From the human T2T-CHM13v2.0 reference genome, Homo sapiens, in assembly GCF_009914755.1 (NCBI RefSeq), contig NC_060929.1: a stretch of DNA of 64,000 nt. The stretch is one strand, 5' to 3'. The position numbers and the translations under genes were made by a program. The notes beneath the pieces were generated by a model that was given only the letters and a program-made list of their open reading frames with translations, made no database searches and was not told where the DNA came from. Positions 53,561 through 64,000 of this stretch are shown one piece after another. How positions within the stretch are numbered: the first letter of the stretch is position 1; each line of letters opens with the position of its first letter.

Positions 53561-56152
53561 TGTATTAGGTACCATGGCTTAGCTTACTTAATCTTCATTT
53601 CACCCATCTTCCAGAGTACATTACTCTACTTCAGAGACCAGAAATCTAAAATCTACATTTGTCAGAATTCTTTGCAGCTACAGTTCTGTGGAAATTAAAT
53701 TTTACATACATAAAATTTGGAAGATAGAGGTACACAGAAGCAGAGCTTCTCTTATTCTTCTTACCGTCTATTTTTGCTGATAAAATCATGAAAGCATAAG
53801 GTTTTTCTGCAGCTATTTTCCATTCACTGTTCTGTAGATTTCTGGTTGTCCAAAGGTAGTTTAGGAGGTATAAGCAGAGTTGTTGGAGCTTTAATTCTAT
53901 CTTCTAGTCCTTAAATCATAATGTGAAGGTGTGTTGAACCCAATAGTTTTAAAGGTGATCTAGTAAACAGCATCTCTCAGTGGGTCATTTCTGCACTGCT
54001 TGGAAAGTCATATGTAGAGACTCATCTTAGATCCCATTCCTCCAGCTTTTCCAATCATTTTAAGCACCTAATTACACCCTATTTCCGCTTAACACCTAAA
54101 ATAGTTTCTATTTCATGCACAGAGACTTTACTCATAAGAGTATTTGGAGCCAGAAGAGGTTACTTGCAACAGAACTACAAAGATGGGAATCTTAGATCCT
54201 TTACCTAACTTATTTAGAATTAAAGGCAGTGATGTCCCTATTAAAACAGGAAATAAGAATACTACTAGTCCATGCCACATGATGACAAAACCGCACCTTA
54301 AAATTTTAACTTGATGTCATCTGCAACAAAGTAGCTACTGAGAATAAGGCTATGGCAGATGGAGTGATTCCTACAACAGAAAATTTTGGTGGTACTTTTG
54401 ATGTGTGGTTTGAGAAGCTGAAGGTAACTGCTTGCTCTGTTGACTGAAACCTAGATTTAGAAGCAATTAAGATGCCAGTTTTTTTGTTATAACATGAGTA
54501 TTAACATATTTAAGAGACAGGAATGTTTAAGATTAACTTTATAATATATACTCCCCTCACTTTATTTGTTCAAATGAACAACTAAGTCCTTATTTGCTTA
54601 ATATAACCTGTATGAGTGTGAAGAATAGAGTCCTAATTTAAGCCACCACAATGGAGAGCGAAATCCCAGACCTCAGTCAGCAGAGACACAGCAATGCTTA
54701 AATAAATTGGAAATCAAATATTCTTGAGAAAGTTCCATGACATCATTCTTCAAGTATATACTTTAAATATTCTTCCTAGTCTTTTCCAAAGAAATCTTTA
54801 GCTATTTCCCATGGTTTTTGTACCTTAAAGAAAGAAAAATAATCAAAGATTTTGAGTATTCATGCTCTCAGTCCTTCAAAGTACACAGTCTCTGCAGACA
54901 CAGTGTTCCACTGTGTCTCTCAGGTATGACTGAGGGCTTATAAGGGTAAGGTGAGAAATGGAGATTTGACGAAACTTTATCCCCTGTGGCTCTCTGGGTC
55001 TAGAAACTCATTTTCTTGCTATTTCCCCTGTTTTGAATGGAGAATGGAAAAATACTCTTAGTAACTGGAAGAATTTCGTTAACTTTCAGAGGACCATTAT
55101 GATAGGAAAAACCAACTAGAAGCCTAATAACTGCCTCTCCCTTCCAAAAGAGTCATTCAAAAGCAATAGCACATCTTGAAGGGAATTAGTGCCCCCACTA
55201 TGTAGTAGATTGCTGGAAGCATAATCAGGTGATGACAACAATTGTAGCTATCAATCCAGGTGCTGTCTCTTTACTGGAGCAAACCAGTTTGTTTTCACCA
55301 CCACTAGAAGTAGGACACCTATACTGGTTTACCTCAGGTAGTGTCAAATCTCCAGTGCTGTGTAATAAACTCAAGAAAATCTTCATTGTCTTACCATACT
55401 ACAGATCATCACAAGGATATTTCCAATGTTGATGTCAGAATGCCACATGGACCTGGTGGGCCAGAAGTATTTGCTATCCCAGTTGTCTTAGAAAGATACA
55501 AGTGCATTAGAATGTGGAAGGTAACCCAGTGAAAATATAGGTGCCTGCTACCTTGGTGAAATACACAAGCACATTATCAGTATACTCATTTCACAGTGAA
55601 ACACAGTTGGCTGCACATTCATGACCCACTGGTGTTGGTAGGCATTTCTGGATTTTGGATGCTGCATACATTATATTTAAGGGTGCTGCTCTGACCATTT
55701 ACTAAGTAACCTATAAGGCAACTGGCTTAGAATGGGGCTCAAAGTAACTAATTTAAGCTGCCAGTCAAGCAGATATGGTATTACATAACACATTTTTATG
55801 ACCAAGTAGATATAGTCACCGTTGATGTTTCTATGGTAGATTAGGACATTGTATAAAGGACCTGGAAATCTTCAATAAGATAATCACACCCCTATAATTT
55901 TGGAACTAAGCCACAGAACTCACCAAATACTATTGTATTTCACCTTTGAAAAAAATAGCTTCTGGCTTGCTAGTTAGCCTCAGAGGTAGAAACACTATGG
56001 GGAGTTTTTATTATTTTGGGAGTCATCCTTGGAGGTCTAGCTTAGAGCCAGATCTTTGAGTTCTTTTGATGATATTTTAATATCTTATATTAAACCTCTT
56101 TCTGCTTAAGTACTTTGAGTACCTTCGATTCCCTCTCCTGAACTCTGACTTA
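53561..56152 (+). mobile_element. Degraded ERVL provirus: LTR33-like 5' LTR (53561-54137), deleted gag/pol internal, 3' LTR remnant (about 56020-56152)
   Basis: tctacatttgtcagaattctttgcagcta (LTR33-like); PBS-like gtatttggagccagaagagg; pol-like ggtgatgacaacaattgtagct...tctttactggagcaaa; diverged copy of the LTR end at 56020-56152. Confidence 0.7.
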
Positions 56153-56259
56153 TTGGGGATGCCATTATTGGGTTATAAGTCATGATTGACATTAGATTAA
56201 CATGTAAGTGTAGTGAATGCTTATAACGTTATATTGTCTTGGCATCCATTTTAAATATA

Positions 56260-56507
56260 AATTAGAAAAGATATAGTATTTCACAGCACAACATGGTGGC
56301 TACAGTCAGCAATAATTCGCTGTACATTTTAGAATAACTGAGGGAGTACAATTGGAATGTCTTTAACACAAAAGAATGATGAATGCTTGAGGTGACAGAC
56401 ACCCCATTTATCCTGATGTGTTTATTACACATTGTATGCCTGTATCAAAATACATCATGTGCCTCATAAATATATACGTGTTCTGTGTTCCCATAAAAAT
56501 TAAAAAT
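56260..56507 (+). mobile_element. L1MA2/3-type 3'UTR end, followed by (TACA)n
   Basis: gaatgcttgaggtgacagacaccccattta...cccataaaaattaaaaat. Confidence 0.85.
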
Positions 56508-56853
56508 ACATACATACAAACATACATAACTATAAGTTGGGTTTTCTCATACCAAGAACAGGGCTTAGTCACCCTTGATGGTTTCCAGTTCTACACAACA
56601 CACTCCTCTTCCCTCAGTTCCTCAATATAGTAGATCCATAAACAACTGCTCCCTAGTAACCACTTTGCTAGAAAACAGCTAGGTGCATGCAGCCTGCTTG
56701 ACTGGCCCCGCTGACCCTCACACCTCACATGGGCTGTGCACAGTGACTACCTCTCAGTCAGCGTGTGACTTCCTGGAACTCATGCCTCCTTGTTTTAAAC
56801 CCACCAATTAATATTCCCCACAGGAAACCTGTTTGGAAAATGCCCTGGGCCTA

Positions 56854-56933
56854 TTTGTTTGGCGCACAAGTAATTGCAGTTTTTCCCACCACTTTTAATG
56901 GCAAAAACTGCAATTACTCGTGCACCAACCTAC
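56854..56933. mobile_element. MADE1 (Hsmar1-derived 80-bp palindromic MITE)
   Basis: ttggcgcacaagtaattgcagtttt...aaaactgcaattactcgtgcaccaacc, flanked by TA on both sides. Confidence 0.93.
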
Positions 56934-57046
56934 TAGTAAAGGCATTGGCTCTCTCTCCCTACCTATGCTCCCTGAACTCTGTGTTTGTGGCCTCCAGGTG
57001 TGCTGTGACCCCACCCAGGGCCTGTAAGTATTAAAAACTCATAAAC

Positions 57047-57955
57047 CGATACATGGACCATAACATCCAGCATCTACAAGGAATTTAAACAAATTTACAA
57101 GAAAAAAAAAAAACCCATTATAAAGTGGGCAAAGGACATGAACAGACACTTCTCAAAAGAAGACATACATGAAACCAAGAAACGTGAAATAAAAGCTCAA
57201 TATCACTGATTATTAGAGAAATGCAAATCAAAATCCCAATGTGATATCATCTCACACCAGTCAGAATGGTTATTATTGAAAAGTCAACAAACAGATGCTG
57301 GCGAGGTTGTGGAGAAAAGGGAATGCTTTTACACTGTTGGTGGGAGTGTAAATTGGTTCAACCATTGTGGAAGACAGTGTGGTGATTCCTCAAAGACGTA
57401 AAGGCAGAAATACCATTCTACCAATTTTTGGTATATACCCAAAGGAATGTAAATCATTCTATTATAAAGATGCCTGCATGTGTATGTTCATTGCAGCAGT
57501 ATTCACAATAGCAAAAACATGAAACCAACATAAATGCCCATCAATGAGAGACTGGATAAAGAAAACGTGGTACATATACATCATAGAATACTATGCAGCC
57601 ATAACAATGAATGAAATCATGTCCTTTGCCAGGACGTGGATGGAGCTGGAAGCCATTTTCCTCACCAAACTAACTCAGGAACAGAAAACCAAATACATGT
57701 TCTCACTTATGAGTGGCAGCTGAATGATGAGAACACATGGACACATGGAGGGGCACAACACACATTGGGGCCTATTGGAGGGTTGGGGGTGGGAGGAAGG
57801 AGAACATCAAGAACAGCTAATGGATGCTGGGCTTAATACCTAGGTAATGGGATGATCTGTGCAGGAAATCACCATGGCACACATTTACCTATGTAACACA
57901 CCTGGACATCCTGCACATGTACCCCTGAACTTAAAAGTTAGAAAAAAAAAAAAAA
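57047..57955 (+). mobile_element. 5'-truncated L1PA (about PA8A-PA11)
   Basis: ORF2 end plus 3'UTR gatgctgggcttaatacctagg; poly-A; 14-bp TSD aaaaactc(a/t)taaac at 57033-46 and 57951-64. Confidence 0.93.
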
Positions 57956-59949
57956 CTCTTAAACTTTTAACATTGTGGTTGTGTCATTGAAGATGTGTCT
58001 GCATTCCAGCCCCCGATGGCAAGGCTGCCCTAAGTGACACAGGCACATGGAAGCCCTGCTGGTGCTCTTTGGTCCTGGCCTGTGGTGGCTGCTGAGGGCA
58101 ATAGCTACCAGCTAAGTTGATAAAGAAACTCAAAGGGTTTCATTCAAAAAGTAAAATATGAGAAGATGTGACCTTTAGGAATTTTTATTCTATATCACAT
58201 ATGACATTGAGAAAATAACCAATTAATTTCATACATAAAAATAGAAATTTTCCTGGAAGATATGTAAAAAAAAATTTATTCTCTAGAAATAAAATAACAA
58301 CTATTTAAACATGTATAAAACATTACACCATGTCAAAGCACTGGTAGTCTATCGAAGTGTTCTAAAATTGACCTAAATTGGAAGAAGTTAATCCTGTACT
58401 ATCTGTTCCTATATGTTCCATTAATATAAAAAAGTTATTTTTACTCTTTGATGTTTAGAAAGATAATGGGTGCTGCAAATTAAAGGCACTTGATCTTATA
58501 AATAAGATTGAAGAGCTGACTCTACTTGAAGATGTTTGACTATTAGAATAATTTGAAATCTCCTACTTTATACTGCCCTGAAAAAAAGGAGAAAATATAA
58601 AATTAAAGGTTACAAATTTCAAGATAAATTTTATTCAGTTTTAAAAAATCTTCCAGGCAAGAATATTAAACTAACAAAATTGGATCATATTGCTTTCAGG
58701 GGTCTTTATAAGAGATTTAATAGACAGAATAATCACTCAAATTCTCATTAAGTGGTATCAATAGCTGACATTTTATCATTTATATTGTTTTTCTTCTTCA
58801 TTTAAAAAATGTTGATAAGATTCCTGAGATTATTCTTTAAGTTGCACACTAAAATTTTTATTAAAATACATTTTAAATAAATAGAAAACTCAGTTATCAG
58901 TCTTAGTATGTCAGATGTTACTCAAAGGAAAATAATAAATCTTACAACAAAACTTTTAAAAATACGGACCAAAGTGGTGTAATATACGCTTGATTATTAT
59001 ACCACATATAATTCATCAAAGATATGATTAATCTGCCTATTTTAACATGAGTCACAAAAGTAAAGAACATAAAGATTTCACTGTGTTCAATAAGCATAGG
59101 AGCTATATCATCTTCTTGGCCCACTGACAATGCGAGTAGGAATATAAGCTCCAGTTCAGTTTTCATTTGAGAACTGCTTAATTTTAGATGATATTACTTT
59201 TACCAATTGCTGTGTAGAATCTCCTAGATTCTATATTCATATTTTTTCCTGTTCCATTCATTTATATAACAAAAATTTATTATTTGAATAAAAATAGATC
59301 ACCAGAGAAAGAAAGTCTTCATATGTAAATCAATTGGCCAGAAAACTGTCAAAGTATTTTAATACATTCAAATCACCTATGTGGAAAGAACACACTTAAA
59401 ACAAGCTGTAAAAATTCTAGTATAATTATATTTCTCCATATGCAGTTTATCCCACATCCATTAGTACAGATACAAAAGCAAGATTCATTCCCAATCTTAT
59501 TTTTCTTATTTGTATCCCTCTACCCAGAGCAGCAAAACAGATTTCTAAGATGTAATCATGTTTAACCTTTTTCTTTGCCTTCCCCTATTAAAATATCTCT
59601 TATTCTTTACATATTTTTTTCTTTTTTGCCTTTGGAAACTCATTCTAAATGATTTTCTTTCAAGATTTATGTTTGCCTCTTTCTTTCTCCTATATATTGA
59701 ATCCGAAACATTTATTTGATATTTATTATTTGTTATATACTTTCCTGGGCCCAGGGATATCATAATGAGAAATATCGTACAGATTTCTATGTTTTTCATA
59801 GACTTAAAAATAATGAATATACAATAATAATATAAATATAATATAATTATAGGATTTAGAGTTAAAAAGTAGGGATTCTCCTTTACCAAACTTCTCTCTA
59901 ATCCCATCCCATGGACCCTTAACCACTTTTTCAAGTTTAATGTGCACCC

Positions 59950-60620
59950 TTTCAGACATTATGTGTACATTCATACAAATATATGTGACCTTTTTTAAAA
60001 AATAGAAATTTCTACCTAAGTAAAATCATGCTACTTAAATGTCTTTTTATTGTTGACATGGTGACTTAGCAGTCTCTCCATTTCACAGCATCTAGATCTT
60101 ATTTAACTACTGTATGAGTTTTTACGAAGGTGTCTTAATGCATTTAATAATTCTCCTACTGATTAACATCTAAATTGTTACTAATGTTTTACTAATACAA
60201 TCAATCCTATAATGAATATCTTTATACATGTGTGTAGATATTTTTATAAAGAAAATGTATATGTAGGTATACATAGATTTTTTATGAAGCATATTCCAAA
60301 ATTGTACCTCTGTGATCAAAATAATACTTACAACCCTTATTTCAATACATAATTCCAAAACACACTGCACAAATGTATATTGCCATCAATAATTGTATTA
60401 AAATTCCTATGCCTAATTCTCACATACCATCCTCACAATAGTCACTTTAATTTTTATGAATCTGAAATATATTGCTGTGTTAATTTGTATTCTCTGATTT
60501 CTGGTGAAGTAGAATATCATTTCATATGAATATAGGCTATTTTTACTCCTTTTGCGAATTACTTAGGTATCTTTGTCCATTTGTTTGTCAGTTCCTTTTT
60601 GTTTATTGATATGCAGGCAT
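59950..60620 (-). mobile_element. Very old L1ME 3' fragment
   Basis: ttctcctactgattaacatctaaattgtt; ttaatttgtattctctgatt. Confidence 0.55.
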
Positions 60621-60714
60621 TATTTATGTATGATAAGTATTTAACGTTAGTGTATTTTACATATGACATCTATTATTTAATGTATAATTAATATGATCAA
60701 ATCCTTTACATTTC

Positions 60715-62570
60715 TACTATAATAGTTGCTAAGGCTACTACAACAAAGTATCATAAACTGGGTCGCTTAAATAACAGAAACATGTTGTCTCAAAGTTCTA
60801 GAGGCTAAAGTCTGAAATCAAGGTGTTGGGAGGGTAAACTCTTTCTGAGAGCTGTGAGGGAAGGATCTGTTTCAGGTCTCTCTCCTTGGCTTGTAGATGG
60901 CTGTCTTCATGTTCACATGATATTCTCTCTGTATCTTCATATTATCTTCTCTCTATACATATCTGTGTATATCTGTATCCAAATCTCCATTTTCTATATA
61001 GACGCAGGTCATATTGTATTAGAGCTCATCCCAATGACCTCCTTTTAACTTCCATTACCTCTGTAAAGATCCTATCTCCAAATAAAATCATATCCCAGGG
61101 TACTGAGGGTCAGGACTTCAACACATGAATTTTGGAGCACAATTCAACCTGTAACATTTCACCCTCTGTATCCTCTAATTTGTGTCCTTCACATGCAAAT
61201 ATATTCATGTCATCCCAATATCCCTGAGAGTCTTAACCAATTCCAGCAGCAACTCTAAGTCCAAAATCTCATCTAAATATCACCTAAAGCAGGTATGCGT
61301 GAGATTGGAGGTATGATTCATCTAGAGGAAAAATTCCTTTCTAGTTGTGAACCTGTGAAACCAGACAAGTTAGCTGCTTCCAAAATAAAATGGTGGGACA
61401 GCTATAGGATAAACATTCCCATTCCAAAAGGAAGACATAGGAAGGAGGAAAAGGATCACAGGTTCCAAACAAGTCTGAAACCTAACAAGGCAAATTCCAT
61501 TTAAATTTTAAGGCTTGAAAATAATCCTCTTTTGCTTCCTGTTCTGTCCTACAGGCCCACAGTAGTGGTAACCCCACTTTCCAGGCCCACCATGTTGGCA
61601 ATCCCACCCTTTCTGCTCTGAGAAGAGGGCCAGTCCCTCTGAATCCAAGGAGATGACCCCACTCTCTGGAACCAAGCAGGAGATGGTCCCATACACAGGT
61701 TTGTGCACTCTGAGCTGTGGTAGCAGTGGCAGCCCTGACATGCTCTGAACCACCTTCCAGGTGTTTGTTCTCTTTTCTGGAAGGACAATTCATGTTAGTG
61801 TTATTGGCCTATTTCTTTCCGGTAGAATTCTAGAAGTCTGGCAGCCTTCTTCCATTTTATCCCATCTCTGTTCATCTCCGTTTACTCTAGCAGCATTTCT
61901 GCTTGTATAAAATTATCAGAAACCTATTGGCCTCCCCATGCAATTCATGGGGTCCAGTCCATTAGATAAGCGGATCATTTACAGATCTTTCCTGGTTAAC
62001 TCATCTCTATTCCTGGCTTCTGCTGAGATGGTTGATTGGATCTGTGGGTCACATGCCTAATCTCTTCAGTAAGGGATCATCCAACCACACCCTGGATATT
62101 CTCTATAGAATGTGTTTTCTCATTTTGTATAACATGTATAGGCTGAGAATTTTTCAAGCCTTCAAGTTCTAGTTCCCTTTTGCTTACCAATTTCTTATAC
62201 AATTTCTTATTCAATTTAGCTGTCTTCTCATATTTTACTATAAACAGTAAGGAAAAACCAGGCCATACTTTCAACACTTTGCTTAGAAATGTCTACATTC
62301 ACCTACTTTCTACAAAACACTACAACACAATTCAGCCATGTTCTTTGTCCCTTTATAATAAGGATTGCCTTTCCTCAGGTTTCTCATAACATGTTCATTT
62401 CCATCTGAGGCCTCAACAGAAGCACCTTTAATGTTATTATCTTTACCAACAGTCTCCTCAAGACAATGGAGATTTTTTTTCTATAAAGTGCCTCAAAACC
62501 CTTCCAGCCTTTATCCATAATTCAAATCCAAAACCACATCCACATTTTTAGGTATTTGTTATAGGATCTG
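60715..62570 (-). mobile_element. MLT1B-like MaLR: LTR (about 60715-61156) plus internal region; second LTR absent
   Basis: gggaaggatctgtttcaggtctctctccttggcttgtagatgg...ttcaacctgtaaca; internal ends cacatttttaggtatttgttatag. Confidence 0.85.
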
Positions 62571-62584
62571 CCATTTAAAAATAT

Positions 62585-62706
62585 TATTATTATTTTTGTA
62601 TAGACAAGTTCTTACTATGCTTCCTAGGCTGGTCTCAAACTTCTGGTCTCAAGCAATTCTGCCATGGCCTCCCAAAGCGCTGGGGTTAAGCGTGAGCGAC
62701 TGGACT
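62585..62706 (-). mobile_element. FLAM/AluJ left monomer
   Basis: tttttgtatagacaag...aggctggtctcaaacttctgg...gcctcccaaagcgctggg. Confidence 0.8.
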
Positions 62707-62769
62707 CAGTCTCCTCCCAGTTCTTCAGTGAAAAAACTCTACAGCTGATACACTTGCACTTCTTTTTTT

Positions 62770-63170
62770 GCTTATTCAGATATTCTTCTAGGGATGGGGA
62801 TAAAGAAATTACCAAAGAAATTAAGTTCCTTCCCTCATGAGGCATCATTTCTATTGGGATGAGATAGACAAATGGATGAATAAATAAATAAACATATAAT
62901 GTCAGCTTATGATACAGGATCTAGACAGTAGAAGTAGGGCAAGGATGAGGGGTGGAGAGGCTGCTATGTAACACAGAGTGTTCAGGAACAACTTTCTCTG
63001 ATGAAGTGACATTTCAGCATTGACTTGAATGAGGTAATAGAATATATCATAGGATACATGGGGTAAGAAAATTTCGGACAGGGAAACTGGGTGTAAAGGC
63101 CCTAAAACAGAAGTATGGTTGGCTTTGTTTAATGAATAGCAGAAAGGGCAGTGTTGGTTAGAGTGCCTTG
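62770..63170 (-). mobile_element. L2 fragment
   Basis: ctctgatgaagtgacatttcagcattgacttgaatga; gtgtaaaggccctaa. Confidence 0.7.
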
Positions 63171-63501
63171 AGAGAAAGCTGTGGCATGTCTGTATTATGG
63201 CATTAATTCTAATGATGGCTTTCTCATGGGATCCACACAGAACCTCATCAGGTGCCATTCTCAGATGTAACTGACATGCTCACAACTATTTTCTCTTCAA
63301 GAATTGCTTTTTTTAATCAATATAAACTTCTGTACTTAAAGCTTGCCACCTTGAATTTTATTTTATCTGATATAATTATCATTACAGATTTTATTGTGCT
63401 TGCTTATGACATATATTTTTGTATCTTTTTTTCAACATGTTTATATCATTTTATTTAGATTTATTATTTCAAGTAAGATATAGATGGAAGTATTTTTATG
63501 A

Positions 63502-63678
<177 letters not shown>

Positions 63679-63758
63679 TTAATATTTGATATTTATTCAT
63701 ATAATTTTGCTATATGGGGCTAAATGCATAATTATTTACTTATTAAAAAGTAAAAATA

Positions 63759-64000
63759 GGCCGGGCACGGTGGCTCACGCCTGTAATCCCAGCACTTTGG
63801 GAGGCCGAGACGGGCGGATCACGAGGTTAGGAAATCGAGACCATCCTGGCTAACACGGTGAAACCCCGTCTCTACTAAAAATACAAAAAAAAAAAAAAAA
63901 TTAGACGGGAGTGTTGGGGAGCTCCTGTAGTCCCAGCTCCTCGGGAGGCTGAGGCAGGAGAATGGCATGAACCCGGGAGGTGGAGCTTGCAGTGAGCTGA
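63759..64000 (+). mobile_element. Young AluY, cut by window edge
   Basis: CpG-rich left arm, gagaccatcctggctaacacgg; A16 linker. Confidence 0.97.

Larger units (their letters stand above)
56531..58150 (+). mobile_element. ERVL-class LTR (MER54/MER74-like), split by MADE1 and an L1
   Basis: aagaacagggcttagtcacccttga...tttaaacccaccaatta...gcaatagctaccagctaagttgataa; resumes after the L1 TSD. Confidence 0.72.

Overview
AT-rich, CpG-depleted, repeat-dense primate genomic DNA (catarrhine, most likely hominoid/human, judged from AluY/S/J elements and an L1PA3/4-like insertion). I see no intact protein-coding gene, RNA gene, CpG island or prokaryotic feature. The long ORFs in the track are L1 ORF2, MaLR-internal or antisense-Alu remnants. 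Most of the window is layered transposon debris: about 14 Alus, L1s of many ages (two with twin-priming 5' inversions), solo ERV LTRs with intact TSDs, a full THE1D-like MaLR provirus, degraded ERVL and MLT1 proviruses, DNA transposons (MER63, BLACKJACK-like hAT, MER44, Tigger3, MADE1), L2, MIR and CR1. The best second-look signals are: (i) a chain of + strand exon-like segments with canonical splice sites in the non-repeat islands, possibly an LTR-driven lncRNA or a decayed gene; (ii) an LTR inserted exactly into a GTAAGT donor; (iii) a template-switch perfect hairpin inside a tandem duplication; (iv) two local templated insertions. Subfamily names come from remembered consensus sequences and need RepeatMasker/Dfam confirmation. 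I cannot support a genuinely new biological system from the sequence alone.
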